64,000 bases of DNA from Haliotis rubra (taxonomy: Eukaryota): assembly GCF_003918875.1 (NCBI RefSeq), contig NW_025766015.1, positions 1,426,001 through 1,490,000 of the forward strand, given 5' to 3'. This document shows, in pieces, positions 13,112 through 23,228 of the stretch. The first letter of the stretch is position 1. Each line of letters begins with the position of its first letter. Both the position numbers and the translations under genes were made by a program. The notes under the pieces were generated by a model. The model was given only the letters and a program-made list of their open reading frames with translations. It did no database searches and was not told where the DNA came from.

Positions 13112-14023
13112 ACTATCTCCAAGGTAGGACTATATATCTCCTACGTAGGACATACTATCTCCTACGTAGTACTTACTATCTCCTACGTAGTACTTGATAT
13201 CTCCTACGTAGGACATACTATCTCCTGCGTAGTACTTGATATCTCCTACGTAGGACATACTATATCCTACGTAGTACTTGATATCTCCTACGTAGGACAT
13301 ACTATCTCCTACGTAGTACTTGATATCTCCTACGTAGGACATACTATATCCTACGTAGTACTTGATATCTCCCTACGTAGGACATACTATATCCTACGTA
13401 GTACTTGATATCTCCTACGTAGGACATACTATGTCCCTACGTAGTACCTGATATCTCCTACGTAGGACATACTATCTCCTACATAGTACTTTGATATCTC
13501 CTACGTAGGACATACTATATCCTACATAGTACTTGATATCTCCTACGTAGGACATACTATATCCTACATAGTACTTGATATCTCCTACGTAGGACATACT
13601 ATCTCCTACATAGTACTTGATATCTCCTACGTAGGACATACTATATCCTACGTAGTACTTGATATCTCCTACGTAGGACATACTATCTCCTACGTAGTAC
13701 TTGATATCTCCCTACGTAGGACATACTATCTCCTACGTAGTACTTTTGATATCTCCTACGTAGGGACATACTATCTCCCTACATAGTACTTGATATCTCC
13801 TACGTAGGACATACTATCTCCTACATAGTACTTGATATCTCCTACGTAGGACATACTATATCCTACATAGTACTTGATATCTCCTACGTGGGACATACTA
13901 TCTCCTACGTAGGACTATATATCTCCTACGTAGGACATACTATCTCCTACGTAGTACTTGATATCTCCTACGTAGGACATAGTATGTCCTACATAGTACT
14001 TAAAATGTCCTACGTAGGAGATA
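13112..14023. repeat. 42-bp tandem repeat (2 x 21-bp subunits with palindromic cores)
   Basis: The unit is ATATCTCCTACGTAGGACATA-CTATCTCCTACGTAGTACTTG, with cores CCTACGTAGG and CTACGTAG. About 21 copies. Confidence 0.95.
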
Positions 14024-14665
14024 AATAGCTGGTGCAGCATAGTTCAATTGCCCATTCTTTCATGGTGTACTTTGTGTTTGAACGAACTAAATAATCCAAT
14101 ATTTTTTTCAGCTCACTCACTAATATACAAGAAATTTTTCAGTTACATACATTATTTTATTGCAGTTAATATATATACGACTTCCAATCACCTTATATCC
14201 TCTCTGCGTTATGTCAGAAATACCTTGGCCATTTGGTTTAAGTGTTCGCTCGTGAAGACGAAGACCTGTGTTCAGTTTCCCACATGGACATCATGTATAA
14301 GCCCATTCTTGATGGCGGTCATATCAAGCTGGTGGAATACTGCCAATGTGGGGTCAAACCAAACTCCCTCACTAACTCCTCGCCGGAGTGTATATGTTAT
14401 TCACGAGAAGGGGCGGTGGGGTAGCCTAGTGGGTAAAGGGTTCGCTCGTCACCCTGGTTGATCAGTGTTTGTGTTCAGTATTGAATTGAACTCAGATCTT
14501 ATGTTTGGATTTGCCAGATAGTAAACTGCGTCAGGTCTGATCAGATATCCCAAATCTTGATATAAACCAAGACCTTGTGAGGAATGTATCCAGGTTTTAA
14601 GTTATCAGTTTTGTGCACCTGAGAATGGTTTGTCATGTTCAGCCTTGCTCTCGTCTATAGAGATC

Positions 14666-14830
14666 GTGAGTGAGTGAGTGAGTGAGTTTAGTTTTACGCC
14701 GCTTTTAGCAATACCACGGCGGAGGACACCAGAAATGGGCTTCATACATTGTACCCATGTGGGGAATCGAACCCGGGTCTTCGGCGTGACGAACGAAAGC
14801 TTTAACCACTAGGCTAACTGGCCGGCCCCC
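14666..14830 (-). mobile_element. tRNA-derived SINE family A
   Basis: tRNA-like head (A box TAGCCTAGTGG, B box GGTTCGATTCC) and an (ACTC)n tail. Further degenerate or partial + copies lie at about 14225-14373 and 14410-14452. Confidence 0.9.
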
Positions 14831-15682
14831 ATGCTCTAAGACCATTGTGCCATATAGACGATACAAACTGTATATTTTTGAACATTTGTGCGACGCTTTC
14901 GACCACTGACAAACTGTAAGAGTAAAGTTGAGGCATCCAGCGACATGATTAGAGAACCACCCACCTCATTCCCTGATGTCACGTGGTAATGGCCCCTTAG
15001 AGGGGGGTAAATCTGGGCGTGGCCGATAGAGAACAAAGGATTACATATAAGTACTGAGTTCAACGTCGTCAACAACAGATCGACCACGCCCAAATATAAC
15101 AACCTTTCCTCCAATGTTTGATCAAACAGATTATTCGCCGTTTCCTCCTCTTTTTAAATTACATTAAATATTTGTTTGAATGTACTTGCAATTGGCTTTA
15201 ATGCTCTTTCACCAGGTTACTTTGAACCTGAATAATTATAATCTTTGTTTATTGTTATGGGGATACGGGGACAGGGGTGAGCTGGAGGAGGGTTTGGTGT
15301 GTGTGTTGTGTGTGCGTGCGCGCGCGTGCGTGCGTGCGTGCGTGCATGCGTATGTGTGCTGACGGGGGTGGTGGGCGTGAGGCCTTCGTAGTGTGACTGA
15401 GTGTGACAGGCTAAAGATGAATCAACATTAACAAACATCGTCTGGCCTCTCTGAAGAAAGTTGAGATAAACTTGAAAGTTACAATGCTCCATACATCTCC
15501 TGTCTTATGCCAATACTATTCTTTAGTAGAACTTTTTCTGATTTGTCGAATGGACGCTCAAAGAACAAAACCATAAGGAGATGCATACACAAACTATTAT
15601 TAAACTATTTTTATAATCATTATTATTGTTATTGATTCTGCTATAACATGACCATACGGTGGTTAACTATAACAGTATATAT

Positions 15683-16064
15683 TAGGGGTGTCACGATACG
15701 ATACGTATCACGATTTTAAGGTCACGATACGATACGTATCGCGATACATAATTTTCGCACCTTTTCATAGCATTACCTTACCGGCAACGTACGCGCTTGC
15801 TGATTGGCCCATCAAAATAGTCTAGCCAATCACAAAAGCTGTTAGTTTCCAACCTATTTTTAAGTAAAGCTAGCTACATCTATTTATCGGAGCTGTCTCG
15901 TATAATTTTACTATGAAGACTTTGAAGGAGATGGATATAGCATAAAAATTTGAATCGATAAAGTTTTCAAATAGGAATCGATACACGCAAGCATGTATCG
16001 CGTATCGTATCGTCAGTAAAAATGTATCGATGCATCGATACATTCGCGTATCGCGACACCCCTA
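15683..16064. mobile_element. hAT-type MITE (382 bp)
   Basis: 17-bp TIR TAGGGGTGTC(A/G)CGATAC; perfect 8-bp TSD gtatatat (15675-15682 and 16065-16072); subterminal CGATAC repeats. Confidence 0.92.
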
Positions 16065-16086
16065 GTATATATAATGATGGCGTAGG

Positions 16087-16376
16087 AGTGAGTATTGTTT
16101 TACGCCGCGTTTAGCAATATTCCAGCAATATCATGGCGGGGAACACCAGAAATGGGCTTCACCATGAAGGTGGAATATTGATGAGTGCGGCGTTAAACAA
16201 CAAACAAACAAACACGTCCCTTATACAACAGATATGAGACCCGTGTAGACCGGGGAAAACATGTCTTCATGAGTTTAGTTTGAAATGGGCTTCACACATT
16301 GTACCAGTGTGGGGTATCGAACCCGGGCCTTCAGCGTGACGAGCGAATGCATTAACCATTAGGCTACCCCACCGCC
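16087..16376. mobile_element. Composite cluster of SINE A and SINE B fragments
   Basis: In order: A tail (minus), B tail (plus), B 5' start at about 16239, then A body and head (minus). Confidence 0.75.
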
Positions 16377-17225
16377 ACATTCCCGTAATGGACAAGCCCA
16401 CTTGAACATTTAGACCAGAGACTTTATCTGTTTATAAAGGTATGCCATGGTTAATGGACTATGTCACGTAGGTTATATTAATGGGAGTTTAACAAGACTT
16501 AAAACCGTGTCTCTCGAGCGTCTATCGTCTGCTCACTTGAAATTCCCTTCTCAGTAAGAGGGCAGAACACTTTTACATCACTCCCAAAACAAATACTTAA
16601 CTTATTAAACTTGTGCCTGACGCCAATTAGACCCGAGAGCATCAACATTGCGTAATATTTACGATACAGACGAGTCATTCGGTGACTCGGCAATTTCCGT
16701 AACTTACGCATTGCTATTAGCTGAATTTCGGACAGTTACTGATTGTCGTTCAAAATGTATTTAATATTGTGTAGAATAGAATGTTCTGTCAGAAGTTGCT
16801 AAAATCATAAATATTTCATGACTGTATTTGTCAAAAGGAGAAAACCCTGCATTCGGCCAGTCTAGGGATTACAATGGTTTTACTCGAGTCGAAATGTCTA
16901 TCAATCGGCACACCAAAGGAAAGTAAAATCACGAGGGCGTAAACAGCCGAGGGATGCTGAGAGGAGAATAGTAAAATTTTCACGCTCGCCGTTGTTAATT
17001 ACCACTTTTTCAGAAGATGGTTCTAAAAAGTTCAACGCATTTCTAAGTCACCTTCGCTTTAAATAAACTCCAAAATACATAAAAGTGTAACAGACAATTA
17101 TCATAGAGCAACGCAGAAACATTGAAGGGAACTCTTCTCAAGCATGGAACATGTCAATACATCAGTTTACTAAATTTGCCAAATCCAGTGCTTTTGTGAT
17201 TGCATCCGCCATTGTGTTAAGAAGA

Positions 17226-17393
17226 GGGGCGGTGGGGTAACCTAGTGGTTTAAGCGTTCGCTCATCACGCCGAAGACACCGGTTCGATTCCCCACATGGG
17301 TACAACGTGTGAAGCCCATTTCTGGTGTCCTCAGCAGCTGTGTGGCTGGAATATTGCTAAAAACGACGTAAAACTAAACTCACTCATTCACTC
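17226..17393 (+). mobile_element. SINE family A, full length
   Basis: GGGGCGGTGGGGTAACCTAGTGG...GGTTCGATTCCCCACATGGG...GCTGGAATATTGCTAAAA...(actc)n. Confidence 0.9.
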
Positions 17394-17872
17394 TTTCAAG
17401 ACGATCTCTATAACATGTGCATATATACTGAACAAATATATTTATATTTATAGGCATATTTTTTCGTGTAAGCCCGATAGGTTGCAACGCTTTATATTTA
17501 GATAGTATGGAGGACTTATCCAACTTTCAAAGCAAAAATCATGAGTAAGCCCGGGCTTTTTTTTTTATAATGGTAGCTACGCGCCTGACAGAATACATCG
17601 ACAAATATTCACGATTCTTTAGTTAGTATAGTTAGTGACTGCAGGTGTTTCCTTTCACCAACTTTTTAAACGAATTTAGACATCTGATTTGAAGAAAATC
17701 AGAAGCTGACAAGCAATTTGGAAAGCAATTTAGACTTTTATGATAGGAAACAGCTCAACTCACAACCAGCCGCTCTGAATTTCGGTGAAACGTGCTTTGC
17801 GTTGCTGTTTAGTGTGAGTATTTGCTCATTAATCGATCATAGCGCACAACAGCATAAAACAATTATGCATGC

Positions 17873-17984
17873 ATGCACGCACACGCACGCACACACACAC
17901 ACAACAACAACAACAACAAACGCACACACAAACAAACACTTTCGTATGTTATTCGTCTGTCTGGTCTGTTTGTCTGTTCGCACG

Positions 17985-18024
<40 letters not shown>

Positions 18025-18095
18025 AACAACAAACACACACACAAACAAACACTTTCGTATGTTATTCGTCTGTCTGGTCTGTTTGTCTGTTCGCA
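17873..18095. repeat. (CA)/(CAA) microsatellite with a local direct duplication of about 110 bp
   Basis: cacacaaacaaacactttcgtatgttattcgtctgtctggtctgtttgtctgttcgcac occurs twice, at about 17925 and 18037. Confidence 0.85.
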
Positions 18096-18586
18096 CCTGT
18101 CAGTCCGTCCATCCATCCACCCATGTATCACTGTTTCTTTCTAACAGCTTTTAAATGTGAGGCTCAAACCCTAGTCTTTATCAGTGAAGTACAGTATTAC
18201 AATCTTACTTTATAGACAAACTGCTCTATTCAGTGCAACTATCTATATTTACTAGTAGACGGATGTGATCAGCACGTAAAGTGAATGTTTGGTAGCTCTA
18301 TATGTTGTTTAACGTCAAGCACACGTTGCATCATAGTCTAACGGTCACTTGTAACTACTTACAATAACAATTTCCGTCTCCTATAAACTATTTACGACCA
18401 AGCCTGAGAAAGTGCGCAAGCATTGGTTGGATTCCTACACAGAATTTGATAACGACATAATTTGGTCAAAGAAAGTAGTATCATGGTCTGCTTGGGTTGT
18501 TCCCACTTAAGTTCAATTACCGTTCTAATTGGAAACAACCATGCTCCTCAAATTTGGACAATTTAATTATATCCTTATCATTCCAT

Positions 18587-18752
18587 GGGGGCGGTGGAGT
18601 AGCCTAGTGGTTAAATCGTTCGCTCGTCAGGCCGAAGACCCGGGTTCGATTATCCACATAGGTACACCATGTGAAGCCCGTTTTTGGTGTCCCCCGCCGT
18701 GAATTTGCTGGAATATTGCTAAAAGCGACGTAAAACAAAACTCACTCACTCA
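18587..18752 (+). mobile_element. SINE family A, full length
   Basis: tRNA-like head with A and B boxes, the shared tail, and (actc)n. Confidence 0.9.
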
Positions 18753-18950
18753 AATCGGGAAAATCGGACGGAAGCAATATGATAAAGCTATAAATAATTA
18801 TATATGACAACAGGAGACTACATTAAGTGTAGATAGTGTTCCTTGCACCCTGGGGTTTTTGTTGTAATTATCTGGGGTGTCCTTAAGTCGGCTTTCTTTA
18901 TTTCAAATCCTCTGTAAATCTCATTTTGAACTCACAGGCCACCGCGCAGC

Positions 18951-19015
18951 GGGGAAATCCACTCCACGTGCATACGTAGGCGTCATACCTATGACGTCAT
19001 CCGTTGCTAAGAAAC
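18951..19015. promoter_or_regulatory. Dense transcription-factor motif cluster (candidate promoter or enhancer)
   Basis: Four motifs in 65 bp of locally CpG-rich DNA: GGGGAAATCC (kB-like, 18951-18960), CACGTG (18965-18970), ATGACGTCAT (CRE, 18991-19000) and GTTGCTAAGAAAC (RFX X-box-like, 19003-19015). Confidence 0.45.
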
Positions 19016-19660
19016 AGCGTTCTTCGCGCACCTGGGCTACTTCGCTCTACTTTATATCGATGTAAATGACTTATGATCAAATCCTTAGGTCAAGATATCT
19101 GACCCCTAGATCGGAGTCTTTTTAAAACGCCGTCTAAGCTTGCGTTTTAATGACCCTTGGCGTTATTAGTCAATCGAAAAATGTTTTTGAAGATAAACTG
19201 TAGACATGCTTCTCATTCTTGTTAAATCTGCAAATCACACCGGCAATAAACACGATCGGCATTGGATTCTGTTTGGAGAGCGTTTGCGCCTTTGGGGTTT
19301 AGGCTGGCAGACTAAATCTACCTGAAGAATACGGCGCCTTATCTTGAAAACATGTTAAGCGCGAACTGCATGAATAGTTGCACGTAAGCAAAAATAATCA
19401 GTAGAGCTGGAGTAGCCGGTTGGTACAGGTGTTGGTTGATGTGGAATACCTGAGTTCGAATCCTGATATGGTACCATATGTAGTGATTGGCCCCTGCTGT
19501 CCTAATGTTTGTGTCTGGTGCTTTGCATGAAGACCAAGAAACAGACACGTTGGTAATTGTACACAACACGTGAGTAAAGGACACGATCTAAGACTCACCA
19601 CATCGCGGTACGCTGCAATGAGGCCCCTGCGATACACGTCCCTTATACTACAAATATGAG

Positions 19661-19897
19661 ACCCGTGAAGATCCGGGTTAGAACTGGTCTTCAGTAACCC
19701 ATGCTTGTCGTAAGAGGCGGTATAAAGAGATGGGGTGCAGGCTCGCTGACTTGGTTGACACATGTCATCGTATCCCAAATGCTTAGACCGATGCTCATGA
19801 TGTTGCTCACTGGATTTTCTGGTCCAGACTCGGTTATTTACAGATCGCCGTTATATAGGTGTACTATTGCCGAGTGAGGCGTTAAACAACAATCAAA
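19661..19897 (+). mobile_element. SINE family B (no tRNA head), full length
   Basis: Starts ACCCGTGAAGATCCGGGTTAGAA and ends ...GGCGTTAAACAACAATCAA. A second 5' start follows at 19922. Confidence 0.88.
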
Positions 19898-19972
19898 TAA
19901 GTTCCTTATACAACAGATGAGACCCGTGAAGACCTAGGTGAAACATGTCTTCACCAACCCATGCTTGTCGTA

Positions 19973-20131
19973 GAGTGAGTTTAGTTTTACGCCGCTTTTA
20001 GCAATATTCCAGCAACATCACGACGGGTGACGCTAGAAATGGGTTTCACACATTGTACCAATGTGGGAAATCGAACCTGGGTCTTCAACGTGACGAGCGA
20101 ACGCATTACCCATTAGGCTACCCCACCACCC
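19973..20131 (-). mobile_element. SINE family A, interrupting a SINE B copy
   Basis: A full A copy. SINE B sequence lies on both sides (19922-19971 and about 20160-20255). Confidence 0.85.
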
Positions 20132-20283
20132 TTGTAGTAAAGGGATAGTATGGGCATCCTATAGCTAACTTGGTTGATGCATGTTATTGTATCCCATTTG
20201 CGTAGATCAATGTTCCTGACGACAATCACAAACTTGTCTGGTCCAGATTCGACTGTTATCATCATGAACTCCCAAGTGGTGCG

Positions 20284-20632
20284 GGCGCCTCCGTTGTGTA
20301 GTGGTAAGAGCGTCCGACCGGAGAGCGGAAGGTCGCGGGTTCGATCCCCGGCTGCGTCAAACCAAAAGACCTTAACATATGATACTTGTTGGTCCCTGCC
20401 TGGCGCTCGGATTTTATAGGTTAAAAAAGGACTGGTCGGCTCGGAGTCAGTATAATGTGTCTGAGTGGGGTATTCATGCTTAACTGCGGCATGGTATCTC
20501 AGTGAACTAGCACTATAAAACCAGCTTCAGTCTGGGCTAGTACAAGCAGCCACACATACACATACACACGCATGCACTTCGTCATATGAGCGAAAGATTC
20601 TCAAGTACGACGTTAAACTCCATTTCACCTCA
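20284..20632 (+). mobile_element. tRNA-derived SINE family C (Meta-domain-like), full length with TSD
   Basis: tRNA-like head (TGTGTAGTGG...GGTTCGATCCC) and central domain GTCAAACCAAAAGAC...CCTGCCTGGCGCTC. There is a perfect 13-bp TSD cccaagtggtgcg (20271-20283 and 20633-20645). The Meta-domain assignment is from recall, not a search. Confidence 0.9.
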
Positions 20633-20833
20633 CCCAAGTGGTGCGTATACCATTTTTTTGTCGACACGAATTTAACTACCATTAATAATAATAACTATTA
20701 GCTGGGAGTTTCGTATGCGCCGAGCAGTACTAGCCCTTCACACACTGAGAAATCGGAGATTGGATGGTAACAATGGCGGCTTGGCAGATAGTTGCGTGTT
20801 TGTTGACGCTGGATTACATGTCGACATTCACTC

Positions 20834-20999
20834 NNNNNNNNNNNNNNNNNNNNNNNNNNNNNNNNNNNNNNNNNNNNNNNNNNNNNNNNNNNNNNNNNNN
20901 NNNNNNNNNNNNNNNNNNNNNNNNNNNNNNNNNNNNNNNNNNNNNNNNNNNNNNNNNNNNNNNNNNNNNNNNNNNNNNNNNNNNNNNNNNNNNNNNNNN
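20834..20999. other. Assembly gap
   Basis: Run of N. Confidence 1.
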
Positions 21000-21600
21000 T
21001 ACTAGATAATACCACTACTACTACTAGATAATATTACTACTACTACTAGATAATATTATTACTACTAAGTGTTGGCATTAAGTCAGACTCAAAATGTGAA
21101 TGTGGGAATTTACGAGAAAATGTTTGTCGCTTCATGTTTGAGTGTTCTGTATATAACGAACACAGAACGAAAATGTTTAACCTTTTAAATTACAAGTACA
21201 TGATGATGCTTTAAATTTAGATTTATTATTAAATGGCAGCAAGAACTTATCATATACTCAAAATCATGCAATAATTATATTAAAAGCAGTTCAGCATTAC
21301 ATATCAAATAGCAAGCGTTTTTCTTGAATGCTGTAAATATTTTCTTATGTCTTAATAACTATCTCTGTATATATCTCTAACATTTCTGTTCTATATTTCT
21401 TTCTATATTACATGAATGTAGTTGTATATTTATCATGTTGTAAATACTCGGGAGATGGTTACCTAAGTTGGATAACTTGTTCCTCATCCCTTTCTTCACT
21501 GAATAAAATATGTTTAAATAAAAAATTACTACTAATTACTACTACTACTACTACTACTACGACTACTAATACAACTACTATGTGTATTATTGTCGCATGG

Positions 21601-21635
<35 letters not shown>

Positions 21636-21935
21636 TTAAATACTACCGCACTACTATTGCTACTACTACTGCTACGGCGACAACGACAACTAAACTACTA
21701 CTAATGACCCTAGAACCACCACGAAACTACTACTACTTCTACTGCCCTAGAACTACTACCACTACTACTACTACATACTTCTACTACATACTACTACTAC
21801 TACTACTAAATACTAAATAATACTACTATTGCTGTTGCTGCCGCATGGCACTACTACTACTACTACTACGACGACTACTACAACAACGAAACTAATACCA
21901 ATACTCCTACTACTACTACCACTACTACTACTGCC
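21000..21935. repeat. (TAC)n microsatellite region
   Basis: Long imperfect tac/act runs at 21000-21067 and 21526-21935. Confidence 0.9.
21068..21525 (+). mobile_element. 5'-truncated non-LTR retrotransposon 3' end (CR1-group-like)
   Basis: Frameshifted translation SVGIKSDSKCECGNLRENVCRFMFECSVYNEHRTKMFNLL / LDLLLNGSKNLSYTQNHAIIILKAVQHYISNSKRFS*, which matches a LINE ORF2 C-terminal Cys motif. The 3' UTR ends aataaaatatgtttaaataaaaaa. ttactactaa flanks both sides as a probable TSD. Confidence 0.8.
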
Positions 21936-22647
21936 ATATAATGCTGCTTAAACCAACTGTCAGACTAGATTGATAACACAAGTTCCAACGGTACGACATA
22001 GTAGCTTAACAACATGATACTACGAAAGACACAGTGCAGTACTCAATGTCACGTGACACTACGGACAGACAGACACAAGTACACAACATAACACTGTACA
22101 CAATGACCAGCTACTACACAAAGGGAAATGACAATTCGCTCCTCGAGTCCACCAAACACCTCACACATTAATACAAATTTACTCACAAAATGTCAAGGGT
22201 ATTTAATGTCACGAGCCGTCTTTCACGAGAATATCCGTCAACAATTTGTTTACTGACACCTGCTTGCCGCGTATGCCCAATGTAGTGATATGTTTACCAC
22301 CTCGAATCACACAACTTAATAAACGATGGCATTCTTATCTGTGAATGTGTGGACTCAACAGTCTGATAAACACGACCACTTGTGACCTTTCTGTTGAAAA
22401 CCTTCATAATCTAGGAAGGTCAAAAAGATCCTGAAAGACAATGTCCACGCGGCAGTTATTTCAAAACGTTTTCATAGTTACCTTGTGATACAATTTAATT
22501 CTTGACGCTTGAGATTGTGTCATGACAGGTCAAACTTGCATGGACGTCATAAACAAGAAAAACTGATTTACATCTTCATATCACGTGACACATGCTTTCT
22601 ATTCGCAGTGATCGTCAGCATCGTCAGTAGGCGGATCCAGGTTTTTT

Positions 22648-22775
22648 NNNNNNNNNNNNNNNNNNNNNNNNNNNNNNNNNNNNNNNNNNNNNNNNNNNNN
22701 NNNNNNNNNNNNNNNNNNNNNNNNNNNNNNNNNNNNNNNNNNNNNNNNNNNNNNNNNNNNNNNNNNNNNNNNNNN
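22648..22775. other. Assembly gap
   Basis: Run of N. Confidence 1.
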
Positions 22776-23228
22776 CGGGTGAGATTCTATTTATCTTCAA
22801 AATACACTATTCACTAGTTGTCAATGAAAAATGTACATCTCTTGACATGGTACTGCCATTAGACTTGCAGTGCAGCATTGTGACGTCATAAGCTTCATGA
22901 CGTCATAACATTGTCAGGACATTGTACAAAATCTACTGTCAGAACGATATCTCCCAGGCGATATCGTTTGATCTCACGCTAGAAATATTTCGTTTGATTT
23001 CACACCAGCAATATATTTCAAGTGCAACACAGTTTGGGATGATAAATGATTTACTCAGGTCTCAGCTTGACCTGCCGAGCGGACTAGTTTAGCCGGCAGG
23101 AGCAGGAGTAACCATGCAGGAGTTAAGGGAAGGAGTTTTACAGCAGTTCAACGTCTTGACTATGAGCCAGGAATCTAATAATTCTAACACCAGCCTCACA
23201 GCTGAGCTCAGTACAGTGTGAAACACAT

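Noticed and set aside
17226-17302. tRNA(Asp)-like sequences, here and in about 19 other copies, as tRNA genes
   Set aside because: They are SINE heads: always joined to the same body and tail, divergent between copies, often with TSDs, and without an oligo-T terminator after the cloverleaf.
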